64,000 bases of DNA from positions 4,492-68,491 of the forward strand of contig NIVC01003943.1 of NCBI GenBank assembly GCA_002269645.1, in the 5' to 3' direction. Below the pieces are notes generated by a model. The model worked only from the letters and a program-made list of their open reading frames with translations, was not told the origin of the DNA and did no database searches. How positions within the stretch are numbered: the stretch's first letter is position 1; each line of letters opens with the position of its first letter. Position numbers and translations under genes: made by a program. Source of the DNA: Macrostomum lignano (Eukaryota). This document shows positions 22,791 to 49,429 of this stretch, piece after piece.

Positions 22791-23621
22791 ATGTCACAAA
22801 AAGGCAAACGAAAGAACAACGTTGGGGAACAAGAAGCATCCCCAACAGGCATCTCCCTTCCACCGAACGCGAAATCAAGGCGAGAGACTGTTGATGGCAG
22901 CTGCCTAGCCTGCAACGACGAAGTGCACGAAGGCATTCAATGCGAAAGCTGTCACCGCTGGTGCCACCAGTCCTGCTCCGGCCTAGCAAAGCCAATTTTC
23001 ACCGCCATCGCAAATGGCCCTAGCGATAATGGTCTCATATGGACTTGCCGAGATTGCAAGACCCATGCCCGCGCGCTACTTAACAGCGTGGAGCTGCTTA
23101 AAGACCTCAAAGTCAAGCTGACGGCCCTCGAAGAACGCATAGAAGAGCTAGAGTCGATTGAGAGCGGGAAGCAAACTGTCACCTACGACATCAGCTTTGA
23201 TGAAATCGTGGAGGAAGTCAGGCAGCGCGGTATAAAGAAGAATAACATCATAGTTTTTGGACTCCAAGAAGACGCTAAGCTCGAGGACTTTATGCAGGAT
23301 GGGCTCAAAGTGTCCCCCGCAACTGTCCCAATTGTCGCCACCAGGCGGATCGGTCGCGAACAACCTCTCAGCAATCGACCAAGGCCCCTCGTTGTTCGGC
23401 TGGTCAACGATAGCGACAAAGCGGCCTTCTTCGGTAATCTGAGAAACCTGCGCGAAACTGGCTCTGCCTACTCCCGTATTCGGATCGAGAACGACTTAAC
23501 AGAAAAGGAACGGGCATTTAAGCAGAAGATTGTTAAAGAGCTTAAGACTCGTCAAGAAAATGGTGAGAAAAACATCCGAATTGGCTATAAGAGGGGAGTT
23601 CCCTTCATTAAAACCTACTGA
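22791..23621 (+). CDS. LINE ORF1 with PHD finger and L1-ORF1-like RRM/CTD
   Basis: CLAC...CESCHRWCHQSC...WTCRDC; coiled coil; KKNNIIVFGLQE, RRIG, RPRPLVVRL, IRIENDLTEKER. Confidence 0.9.
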   Translation: MSQKGKRKNNVGEQEASPTGISLPPNAKSRRETVDGSCLACNDEVHEGIQCESCHRWCHQSCSGLAKPIFTAIANGPSDNGLIWTCRDCKTHARALLNSVELLKDLKVKLTALEERIEELESIESGKQTVTYDISFDEIVEEVRQRGIKKNNIIVFGLQEDAKLEDFMQDGLKVSPATVPIVATRRIGREQPLSNRPRPLVVRLVNDSDKAAFFGNLRNLRETGSAYSRIRIENDLTEKERAFKQKIVKELKTRQENGEKNIRIGYKRGVPFIKTY

Positions 23622-26600
23622 ACTTCCTCTGTAAACTGTGACTTAAATACCCCAACACTTAATGGTCAAAATAGTCAAAATATTATCCAGGCAAATGAAA
23701 AGCGGATACAATACACTAGAGAGTACCTCATTTCTATTAGAAATAACAATGCTCAAAAGATCAAAAAAATTCCTTACAATATCAAATCAAAACTCCTTGA
23801 ATTTAATATTATCCAAAAAATTGATAAAGAAAAATTTACTATTAGCAGCTGGAATATCAATGGACTTTACACAATAAAAGACTCTGTGATGATTCCCAAA
23901 CTTGAACTACTGGAAACTGAATCAATTTTTAAGAATAATATTCTCTGCCTTCAAGAAACTTGGATAATAGACACAAAAAATGAAAACAAGCGACTCAAAA
24001 TCAACAACCTGTCTGAAAACTACATGACATACCAAAAGCCTGCAAACAAAAAAGGCTGTAAATTCATTGGCAGAGCTTCTGGTGGATTATTAACAGCTTA
24101 CAAAAAGTCACTAGATACACAATACAATGTTACAGAATCATTCAAACATTATAAAAACTTCTTGACACTAAATTTTAAACACAAAAAGGATAAAAACAAA
24201 AGCTTTACCTTAATAAACTCCTATATACCCCCACTGTCTTCAAAATATTATGAAGAAGAAAATTGGGAACAGTTAACAATTCTCCTGGATGCTTACCACT
24301 CCGAAGAAAACATCTTCCTTATTGGAGACTTCAATGCTCATATAAACAATACCTCATACATAGATTTAAATTCAATATATACCACCAGAGCAAAAAACAT
24401 CTCACTTACTAGACAAAGCCAAGACAAGAAAACCTGCAAAAATGGTAGACTACTTAACCAGATTACTGACTCATACAACCTGCATCTAATCAATGGTAGA
24501 TCATTATCAGACACAAATGGTGAATTCACCTTTCTCTCAAAATCTGGTTCCTCTGTTATAGATCTCTGTTTCGTCTCTACCAGCTTACTCCAACACCTCG
24601 AAGACTTTAAAGTAAAGAACCACACCTACTTTAGCGACGACAACCAAATAGTGCTCTCCCTATCAAGTGAATTCACAGAGGAAATCACAGAAACTAAACA
24701 AGCAACCAATAACTCGAAAACGAGATATAGAGTCCTAAAAAAGTCACATAAACCCAACCTGCAACAAGAAAAACATATCAATAACTTCGCAAATGACCTG
24801 AAAAACATGAATGACAAAATCACAAATCTAGACATACAAAACCCAGCTTTTATAAATGAATTAAGTAGAAAAGTTAGACAAATTCAAAACAACATCACAG
24901 TAGAGATAAAGAACCCACTATGCTCAACACTGCCTCGCTTCCTTAAAGATTTAAGAAACGCTGCTAGACATGCCTGCAGAAGATATAAAACCTTCCCTAC
25001 TCCCAACAACCTCTCAAGCAAAGTACAACTCAAAAAAGCATACGAAAAAAGCTCACTTCATGGAAATTTGAAACAACTCTCTGTGCAGACAACATGATCA
25101 ACCAAGCCTTTATTCAAAACGATACAAAACAACTTTGGAACTTATTAAAAACACCAAATCCCTCAAACAACAGAGTAACAATTGATGAAAAATTTATCAT
25201 ACACTTTCAAAATCTTGTAACTGAACAAGACAGCAGCATTAGACTATCATACAATCTTCACCTTGACAACCCTATTCTGGCTGATTTAGAGGATTTCAAT
25301 GCCCCATTCACCAAAGAAGAAGTTATAAAACATATTAAAAAGCTCAAAACCGACAAAGCACCTGGGCACGATAAAGTATATGTAGAAACACTCAAATACC
25401 TCGAGAACGAACTTGCTGACCTCCTATGCTCACTTTTCAACGAAGCACTCAAACAAGGAACCTTCCCAACTAGTTGGATAACAAATACACTTCATCCGAT
25501 TTATAAAAACAAAGGCAGCAGTGCCGACCCCAACAATTACAGAGGAATCTGCATTCAACCAATTCTTGGCAAGCTCTTTTGCCAAATTATTAAATCCAGA
25601 CTCGAAAACCTAGCATACGCAAACAATCTTATATCAAAATACCAATACGGTTTCAAGCCCAATCACAGCACAATCGACCAATGTTTTAATCTTTACAACA
25701 TTATAAACCAATCCATCTACAACAAAGAAGAACTCTTTATTGGATTTGTTGACTATGAAAAAGCCTTCGATAGCTTAAATCAACCAACCCTTTGGCACAA
25801 AACGGATAACCAGGGTATTAAAGGTCAAATGACGGAACTTATCAAGAACATGCATAAAAATGCCTGCTTCATTCTAAAAAATGATGATGATGATGATGAA
25901 ACCCAGCCAATCCCAATATCTAAAGGTGTTCTTCAAGGCAACCCTCTCTCTACCATCCTTTTTGAACTATATATTGACGACATTGTTGAATATCTTGAAC
26001 TCTCTAGCGCTAGGCGCTCTCTTACGAGATCTGCTTTCCCACTCATCCTACTCTTTGCAGACGATCAAGCCATTCTAGCTAAAAACAAAGACGAACTTCA
26101 AGACACATTTACGACTATGGAAAATTACTGCAAACAAAATTACTTGAAAGTAAACGCAAGCAAAACAAAGTTCATGCAGGGCAATACCAGACAAAAAAAC
26201 GACACAGAAAGCATTGCTACAAAAATATACTACGACAACCAAGAAATAGAGGAAGTAAATGAATTTAAATACCTGGGAATTATATTTTTGAACCAAAAAA
26301 CAGCTTTAAAAAATGTATTGAACACCAAACTAAGCAGGGATATACAGCCATGTTTTCCCTACTCCATAGGGTAAAGAATACGTCCCTAGACATCACACTC
26401 ATTCGCAGACTATTTGACGCGCTTGTTACCCCCGTTATCACTTACGGTTGTGAGCTCTGGGGCCCTCTGGCTACCATGTCTGATACAAAAGCTATTGATA
26501 ATATTCAGCTGAAATTCTACAAATATCTCCTCAATCTACCAAAATTTGCTAGCAACAGTGTGGTATCATCAGAACTTGAGCTTACTCCAATCTCTCAACG

Positions 26601-27117
26601 AATCGCTAAAACCTACCTCATCTACTGGCTGAAGATTAGACACAAAAAACTCTGCCAAACGACTCTAGAAATTTTCTACTCAAACACCGGCCAAAAAAAT
26701 CCATGGAAAATGAATGTACTAAAGAAACTAGAAAGTATAGACCTAAAAGCACTAACTGAAGATAAACTTTCCCAAAGCTTTAATAACGAGAAATACCTAG
26801 TGAAAAAGCACCTCAAGATACACAGAGAAAGAGAACTTAGCCAAAAGCTAGAGAATCAGCAACATATTAAACTCTACAAAAACGCCTATCTCTACAAAAA
26901 AATCTGCAGGCCCGACCTTTCAGATTTCTTTCCATGTACATTTAGAAACAAAAAATTCTTAACAACCCTCCTAAAACTGAAATGCGAGATTACACCCAAC
27001 TTTTTTTCTCAAGAACCATGTAAAATGTGTGGAGCGCGAAATGGTTCTGACATTCTACACTACTTGACCGAATGTCCACAAACTGAAGAGATCAGGAAAA
27101 AATACTTCTGTCAATAA
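23622..27117 (+). CDS. LINE ORF2: APE endonuclease, reverse transcriptase and CCHC knuckle; two single-base frameshifts (~25048, ~26300)
   Basis: SWNING, LCLQETW, GRASGG, NSYIPP, IGDFNAH, SVID, DKAPGHD, NNYRGI, QYGFKP, DYEKAFDS, GVLQG, LFADD, FKYLG, YGCELWG, CKMC...HYLTEC. Confidence 0.93.
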
Positions 27118-29305
27118 CTCTTAAATAGCAATCAAATACACAAGATAGGATATGCTACAAATGAAAAAAGAGTCAGAAAAGAGCTCACTGGTGTAGCTAA
27201 AATATATGAAGTCATGAATAGCTAAAACAGTTAAACAAACTGAATCAGATACATCAGCAGTGTAACAAATCCGCTTTTCAGTTGTTTATTCATTTACTGT
27301 CTTTTTTAATTTCCTATATTTAAATCGTCGTTATTCGTTAAACGTAAAATTCTTTCGAAGTATTGTTTATGTTCGTTTTTCACGCTTTGAAATATCACGC
27401 GCTTTCAAAAATACTACATCTTTTTTTTTTACAAACTCGCTTACCAAAGTAATCTCGCAATTAAAGCTATACCTCGTAATTTGTACTCATTTTTGTATTA
27501 ATATTTATACTCGTTGTTAGTTGTTAGTCGTCACTTTTCGTCTAAAAATACCGTAAAAATTCTGGCGCGCTTTCAAATACTTTATCTTTTACAATAACTC
27601 AGCAAATCGTCGTCAAATCGTCTTTATAAACTTCTATATTCGAAAATTCCAAATACATAGCTCTATAATATATTGGCCAAACAGGCTAATTGCCTGAGCC
27701 AAATTCTCTTACTACTCTTACTACTACAGGCAGTGGGAAGGAAGGTTACATTAAGAGTTAAAATTTAGATGACGTCAGGATGGCGCAAATACCGAGTGAG
27801 TAATTTCGCACAGTGAGATACATCGGGTGGGGCGGACAAGTGGTCTGCTCGCCTGCTCGCCTGGAGGGTTTTAAAGTCTACCCTCGCCTGCCACAGTTTT
27901 AAAATTAAAATTTTGGTTTTGTCTGGATCGCGCGTGTTGTCATCATTTTAAATTGTAACACAAAAATAGGCCCTAGCACTTGTTAAATGCAATATATTTT
28001 TTGTGTAAAAATATGGAGTGTGTTTTTATTTATTTCAGAGCAGAGAATATTTTTTTATCTTGTATATTTATTTGTTTCAAAGCATAGAATTTTTTTCCAC
28101 TTGTATAAATTATATTTTCATTTTTTCTTTCATTTGATTTCATATACAAAGCCTAAGGCTTCAAATGAAATTATTTGTTCGTTTTATTTTCCTTTTTTGA
28201 TACATTTTTGCTTGCTAGAGTTATTAGCTAGAAAAAATTGAAAAACAATTTTTTAGGTTGCTCCTCTTTCTATTAGGGCCTACTAATTAGTCATATCAGC
28301 AAATAAACTGTTTGCCCTAAGTTTAATAATTGAATTTATATTTTATTAAGCTTAATTGATTAATTGAAGCAATAGAGTCTTAATTATTCAACTGAGCTAA
28401 TCTAATTCTATTATTATTATTATATTATATCATCCATCAAAAAAGTTATACTAGGCTAGGGGCTAGTCTAAACTCTAAAGTAATAGTTAAAGAATATAGA
28501 AGTCAGTCCTAAAATTTCTTTTTAAATAGGCCTATTTAATATCATATTGCATTATATATCTTAGATTTTATAAATTTTAATTGTTAAGGCAGTTGTCATT
28601 TTTTTATTGTTTATAATTTGCTTGATTTGATCATTCTCAAAACCTTTTCCTTTTTTGTAGTTGATTTTTTTAAATGAGTAAAGACAGAGTTTATTTTTTA
28701 AGAAAAAATGGTTAAAGTGCTTACAAGTGTTAGGGGCCTAGGAATATCATATTAAAAGCACAAAAAATTCTGGTTTTGCAAGTGAATTGGCATTTGTTTA
28801 TTTATAAAAAACATCACACTTGTCTAAAAACTAGAGTTAAAATCAGTAAAAAATAATGGCAATGCTTAGGCCTATCCCCACAGTACTGTAAGAATAATTT
28901 CTGTCTTATTTCAACAGTACTATGGGGATAATTTTCTGCTTATCCGCATGGCACACTGATAAGATAGCTGCCCTATCTTCTACATATACTATAGGAATAA
29001 TTTGGTTTATAGTTAATAACTTACAGTTTAAGTGCAGTATAACAACATAACTTTGCTTGGCCATTAGTTTTATAAAAGTAAATATTTAATGGCCTTTTTA
29101 TGCAAAAAACACTTTTTTGTATTTATGACATTTTATTTAAGGTAAATTGCTCTAGAATTGTTTATAATTTGAATTTTTAGCAAAGTCTAATCCCGAGATC
29201 CCCAAAAAGATGACCAGATTTTTAGTTCCCCATTCAATTCAAGGAAACTAAATCAACAAAAAATCAAATGTATACTATAGCAAAGAAAATCTTTTTAAAA
29301 TTAAA

Positions 29306-29566
29306 TTAACAGCATTTTTGCAGTATAACATCTGAGTAGACTTTACACCAAAAAGATCTTTTCAATTGAACATCTGTGAGCTTCATGGCACATTCTGAAT
29401 GCTGAAATGGAGAGATTTCTTTGTGCTTTTTTATCTGTTGTGGAGACACATTGTTCACCATAGCAGCCAAAAACACCTGAGCTTGTTTGGCAATTCTGGC
29501 TAACTCAGCCTCTTTTTCTCGTCTGTTGAAAGCACAGAAAGAGGTGGGTTCAAACATTGTCAACAT
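29306..29566 (-). pseudogene. Possible hAT-like transposase fragment in AT-rich DNA
   Basis: KHKEISPFQHSECAMKL...F loosely resembles the N-terminal SF-x-S-x-DC-xx-L motif of hAT-type transposases; no catalytic region seen. Confidence 0.22.
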
Positions 29567-31255
29567 ATTGAAAACTGAGATATAATGCTGACTGTGTCTG
29601 CTGACGTATCAGTGGACCTGACATGCCACGGCACAGACACATGCTGCAAGCAGTGGTTCATCACACCAGTGGTCTGGTGCTCCACGTGGAGAGGAAAACC
29701 TTTCATATGAGGAGCCAGGCCCAAACCCATTGATCAATCCAAACTAAATGTATATGTATAGCTGTTCTACATGTTCTCTATACACTACATGTACTTTTTG
29801 CATTATAAAACATAAAACAGACAAAATTAAGTCTGTTTAATTTTGCTTGAAGGCTAAGCTACTGATATATAGTATACCAATGGTAGACTATTTGAACTAA
29901 ATAAATATATAGTTCATATTCATACTATTTTCAGCTTATCTTAGCAATTCTAACTATTTTCAAATTTATACTAAGGCTTATTATAATCTTAATACTCATA
30001 TATTATACAATTATTGTGGTTTAAAAGCAATAAGAAATATAGACTAATTATTGAAAAATTAAAAGAATGTAAATAGTGCCTCACTCTAGTATATATTTGT
30101 TTAAATAGTTTAAGTAGCTTCTAGTTCTGAGTCATTTTATGGGATCATATGTATAGAAACATTTTTATTGTATATATTATTTTAAGTTTCAAATATCAAT
30201 TATGTAAATCATTCATTTTTTAAATTTTATAATGAAAAACTTTGCATTTGTATATAATAATAGAAGTATATAAATTTTCATTTTTGAAACAATGTCTGAA
30301 ATTTTTAGAGATAGACCATAAAATTAATCAAAACTTGACTAAATGTTGTTAAACAGTTAAAAACTTAATCAATTGTTTAGCTATTAGCTTTTTACAGTCA
30401 AAAAGTTTTGACAAGTGTGTGGTTATAACATTGTGCATTGGCACTAAACACATTTTTAAGTGATTGTAACTTTCTTCTATATAATCCCATGGAAATAAAA
30501 CCTAATGCTTTCAATAGAAAAGATCTTTGTTGTTTTTTTATCTTATAATTAATTTGTTTTTTAATAGCTATTAGTTTGTGTAAACTGATAATTTCTATTT
30601 TTGAAAGTGTTTATTTCTTGTGGAATGACCTTTATTTTCTTAATAATTCAGAAATTAAGTTGCTATTTATTTTTTATACATCTTTTTAGCATATCAGAAT
30701 ATAGATAGATTTACACTATATGAATGTTTTAGAGTTTTTCTAGGGAACAAGTAGACACAATTGTTGTCATGCGAGAGTTCTGTTTAGCCTGGCTAAATGG
30801 GTGGAATCTGTTGGGTGTCAATCAGGACACTGGAGTTAAAGTGCAAATAAGCTAAACCCAAGAGCCACACCACCCTAGCAGCAGTCTGGAGTAGATGAAT
30901 CTGCCTGTTAAAAGCGTTACCATGACAACAATTGCTAGTGATTGCAAATAACTCAATTGTGACTCTAGCGACCCTTGTGACTTTTTACTGACTCAAACGA
31001 CAAATATGACAGTGAGGTGACTGTTGAGAGCGCATCACGTGAATTGCAGAATCATAGAAGTCGCGAGAAAGTCGTCCAAAAGTCGTGTTAACTTCTACAG
31101 ACTCAAGTAGACTAAATAAATGTGGGTCTATGAGTAAAGACCGGGTCCGATTTTATTATCAAACTTCCCTCTGGCAATTTTAAACAAAAACTTTTCCGTA
31201 GCAGTTCCGGTTTTAACAGTAGTCACCTATTGTCAAAACTGCAGCCTGCCAGTTC

Positions 31256-32444
31256 ATGTGGCCAAAGCGACTCCGGCAATCCAGTTCGCAGCGGCCAAAA
31301 ACAACAGCAACACCTCATGCCCCACCGGCCAAGCTCAGTGTGAACTCGCGACTGAACCAGCTGCGTTACTATGGCAACCAGATGACTGCGCTTGATGCCC
31401 TGCGCAATGAGTTGCGTCAGTTTGCTGTTCGTCTGAAGGTGAGGCCTGAGGGCTTGCCGGATGCCAATGATATCTCAAGCATCCCAGATCCCCACTGCGC
31501 CAATATCCCAGATCCTCACTGCACCAATATCCCAGATCCCCACTTGCATCAATATCCCAGATCCTCACTGCACCAATATCCCAGATCCCCACTGCACCAA
31601 TATCCCAGATCCCCACTGCACCAATATCCCAGATCCCCACTGCACAAATATCCCAGATCCCCACTGCACCAATATCCCAGATCCCCACTTGCATCAATAT
31701 CCCAGATCCTCACTGCACCAATATCCCAGATCCCCACTGCACCAATATCCCAGATCCCCACTGCACAAATATCCCAGATCTCCACTGCACCAATATCCCA
31801 GATCCCCACTGCACCAATATCCCAGATCCCCACTGCACCAATATCCTAGATCCTCACTTGCACCAATATCCCAGATCCTCACTTGCATCAATATACCAGA
31901 TCCCCATTGCACCATCCAGATCCCCAGGCCATTCCCAGTTCCCCACTGCGTCGCCCACAGCAACAGCTACTCCGCCCACCACCCGTCCCCAGGTGGAGGC
32001 CGTGTCCCTGTCCGACATGCAGCGAGCGGCTGGTCTGGACGGCTCGGTGGGCGATCTGGACGACAAGGACGCCGCCACGGTGGGGTTCAGCAGCGCTGGC
32101 AGCGGCATCAGCGGCGAGTACACCGCAGGCCGGGGCTCGGCGGCGGCGGCTGCCGCTGTGTCGGCCGGCACCCGCGCCAGCAGCAGCAGCTGCAGCGGCG
32201 CCTGCTGGGACGATGCGCGCAGTTTTGCAACCACGGCGGCCGCGGCTTCCATTGCCGACACGACGACACGGACTCAAACTCGGGCTCAGTTGATGACGAG
32301 GAAGATGAGGAGGCTGACGAGTACAAGAACGCTGTTAATTATGTATCCAGCCTCATGGATGCGGAGTTTAATGGCAGCTACAAGTCGGACACGGGGGGTG
32401 ACGAGTCGTCTGACTCTGAGATCTACTCCGTGCACCAGCTGTAG
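31256..32444 (+). CDS. Unidentified spliced host gene (two exons, ~31256-31438 and 31994-32444)
   Basis: GC-rich coding-like segments with donor aag|gtgagg and acceptor cccag|; helical exon (RLNQLRYYGNQMTALDALRNELRQFAVRLK) then an Ala/Ser-rich acidic tail with one frameshift. Confidence 0.4.
31480..31925. repeat. 24-bp intronic minisatellite
   Basis: Unit cactgcaccaatatcccagatccc. Confidence 0.95.
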
Positions 32445-32614
32445 CGCCCTCGCCTCACGCTTTGGCATTTCCTTTGTTTGATTTGGCGCTTGCATCGCAT
32501 TGCGTGTTCCTTCCATGCGTATCTATGCCGTGATTTGTCCTTTTTGCACTGATATTGACTCACCAGTCTTCATGAATGTTTTACCAGTGTTCAAACGGGT
32601 TTCATTGATTTTCA

Positions 32615-32855
32615 CATGGGTGTCATCGGTGTTCACACAGGTTTCATCGGTGTTCACACGGGTTTCATCGGTGTTCACACGGGTTTCATCGGTGTTCACG
32701 CGGGTTTCATCGGTGTTTACGCGGGTTTCATCGGTTTTCACGTTGGTTTCATCGGTGTTCACGCGGGTTTTATCAGTGTTCACGCGGGTTTTATCAGTGT
32801 TCACGCGGGTTTTATCAGTGTTCACGCGGGTTTTATCAGTGTTCACGTGGGTTTC
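32615..32855. repeat. 21-bp minisatellite
   Basis: Unit gtgttcacrcgggtttyatcr. Confidence 0.93.
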
Positions 32856-33099
32856 ATCGATATACGCTCGCGGGTTACGTAACTGATGCTCATGTACAAG
32901 ATCTTCACGCGGACTTCATCAGTCTTAACTTAAGTTTGGTTGATGCCTTGATGGTGCTGATGGTCGCTCATTATACTCTTATATTGTAACCAAATTAACA
33001 AAAATACATTCTGTATAAATCATTACTTCACAAAGATTTCAAAACACGGTTTATTAAAGCCACGCTTCTTATCTTCTAATTTTTTATTTTTAGTATCTG

Positions 33100-33705
33100 C
33101 ATGCAGTGTGATGCTGGTGCCATGTAAAGGCGGAATAGCGATTAAAACGCAGATTGGACCTTGTGTGTCGTTCCTTCCTCCGTGGATGATATCAATAATA
33201 AAAGTAAAAGCCAAATGTAAGTCTGCAAATTTATAGTGCATAAACTGAGAACTAAAATTATGTAAATTGAAAGATGGTGCATGAAGCCAGAGCAGCTTAG
33301 CGGTAAAACACGCCTGACTTTCGCGCCACGATCCCTGTTTCGATACCGTGCGCGGCGTCGAGATACAACTGCTTTCCCAGGTACGAGTAGTACATGTACC
33401 TGAATATCTAAGTTGATGAAAGTAAAATAATGTCCGGTCTTCATCTCTTCATCATCATTGTACTTATAGTTTCCCGCGTCATACTGTTTTCTCCACGGAA
33501 TTAATGAGTTTTGGCCTTGTACTCCAATGACATCCGTCACGATGAGACGTGAGTCCTCTCCTCTCGATGGTCTTCAGGTACAGTACTACACAATACATGT
33601 ATATAACGTTATCCTGCCAAAAAATGCGCAGTCCGACCGAGTCTCTCGTCACGTCGAAGCTCTCATAGCTAATGCTTGCGCCTTCTCGAGCGACTCCGCG
33701 ACTCA
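33100..33705 (-). pseudogene. Decayed paralogue of the LamG-like domain of 19353-20306
   Basis: 33625-33700 (cagtccgaccgagtctctcgtcacgtcgaagctctcatagctaatgcttgcg...ccttctcgagcgactcc) aligns with 19870-19950; gtcgagatacaactgctttcccagg (~33358) aligns with gtcgagataaaacgcttgcccagt (~19627). Confidence 0.7.
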
Positions 33706-35219
33706 GTTTTAGTATACAGGAAGGCTTAATATTATTTGCAACTCATGCTTTACATGCTGTATATGTACTATGATCTAAGATCTAAGTATATGATGATCTA
33801 AGTATATGATCTAAGTATATCATGTCATATTATTTAATCCAAAAGTATTCTTTGCGCTGAAGACATTAATCTATAATGCTAAACATCATTTACAACAACC
33901 AAGATCCGCTTCTGACGTTTCAACTATATATCCATGCAGATCCAGGCATACAGATTCAGGTGGTACGGGTTCGGCTTTATTGCGGCTCCTCCAGACTTTT
34001 TGCTCTATTTCTTCAATTGTTAAAATTGATTTTATAACACTTATAAATTTTTAATTTAGTCCTAAATAGCAGAAGTGTGTGAATTATCAATTTTCGTTTC
34101 CATGCAAGTTAGTTTTGTTTTAAATTTTTAATTTATGCTAACAACAGCGCTGTTATCAGTTCAATTTAAGTTATCTTTCGCAAAATAGAAAAAATAGATT
34201 AGAATAAGAATTGCACTTTGCATTGCACCAACACAAACCGATAAATAATTCATTTTTTTGCTTTCCTAATAATTTTTGTAGGTGCAAGATATCGAAATAA
34301 GTTGTGCCACAACCAATTTTACCACTAATGAATTGTTTCCTGGCGTCTTAGCCTTCATATGTGTTAAATTTTTTATTTTCTTTTTTCGACACGCATTCGA
34401 TTACAATTTCGCTTTGATAACTTGCCGAAACTGTATGAAGTAAAATAGTATACAGTGCAGCATGAATTTTAATCACATATATTTAGCAGGGTTTCAAAAC
34501 AAATTTGAAAAATTAATGCTGCATTTTATTTTAAAAAGTAAATACGTTAGCAGAATAAAAAATTGAAAACATAAATCATACAGCATACATGACAATGACA
34601 TATTTAGTTTTAAACTTTCAGGGGCTAAAAAGGTTGAGAAAAGCGGTTGAGCCGCTTTTCTGAAATCGATCACATACCTAGCAACCTAGATGTCAAAAAA
34701 ACAATTTTAGTATATGGACAGGTGTTAAAAATTGATTATCTCATAAAAATCTGTGGTAAAATTTCTTTTAAAGTAGCAGCTTTGTTTTAAAGATGAAGAT
34801 GGTTTTACTGTAGGTGTAGATAGTGCAACAGGAATTTGAAGCTGTAAGAAATTAGCACCTGACATCTCTCCATCATTTTATTTGCTTTTTTATTTTTTCC
34901 GATGTGCCCCTTTGTGTAAACAAAAAAATATATTTATACATCTCCTAGTTAATTTTTTGTTTGGATACTTCTTTTTTGTGAAATGAAATTCGTGACTTTT
35001 GCAAAAAAATTATGTTTCAAGTTTTACCATAATATATATTTAGCCTTGAGTATACTTTTAAGATAGGACAATTATATTCAGAAGGCTTGATATTTTTGAC
35101 TAATGATATAACACATTTTATGCTCTGTTATACAAAAAGAAATTCAAAATGAAAAGAAATGAATGAATGGCCCCCTAAAAGCATCGCTCGCCCTTTCAGC
35201 CAGCTGCGCCCATTCCATC

Positions 35220-48831
<13,612 letters not shown>

Positions 48832-49429
48832 AGACTACAAAACTTTGCCCCGAAAGCAAACTTTCAATATTTTTTGCTCCAGATTCAGGACACCTCAGAT
48901 GCCAATTATCTAACTGCTTTGTACCTCTCATTAACGTTAATCAGACACTACTCTGGAATCTGTTAATAGCGTGTGATATCAGCGTAAGCATCCTTACTGC
49001 CCTTCAGCGTCCCCGGCTGGCTCGCAAAGCATCTGGGGACAAGGAAAGTACAAGATCAAATATTTATTAGCTTCACAATGCTCTAGAGCTGACAACTGCG
49101 CAACCTGTGTAAACAGTCGCACGCACCTTGATATACCTTTAATAAAATGATTTTGCACCAAGGTTGAGTCGGATGTATTAAGCATGGATTGCAATATTTT
49201 GCACAACTTTATAATTCGATGTAGAATGATGGCTGCGCCAAAAATAGCACAGTACATGACACGGAATTCCCACTTACCTGAAACCTGTTTTGATTTATTT
49301 TTTGAACTAAATAAAAATTAACATATTGTCTGCCCTTGTCTCTTGTTACTACAACTTTCGCACTTATGCAATCATTCTTGTTATTCATTTAAATCGAAAA
49401 AATAAAAAAACTGGGATTATTCTGTTGTG

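Larger units (their letters stand above)
22500..27728 (+). mobile_element. Near full-length non-LTR retrotransposon (APE-RT, RTEX/CR1-like); 5' end approximate
   Basis: PHD ORF1, EN-RT-CCHC ORF2, AT-rich 3' UTR, and short ctactact/cttacta tail at ~27707-27728. Confidence 0.88.

Noticed and set aside
27730-31200. Long AT-rich stretch as a possible DNA transposon
   Set aside because: Only one weak transposase-like fragment; no TIRs or catalytic motifs found.
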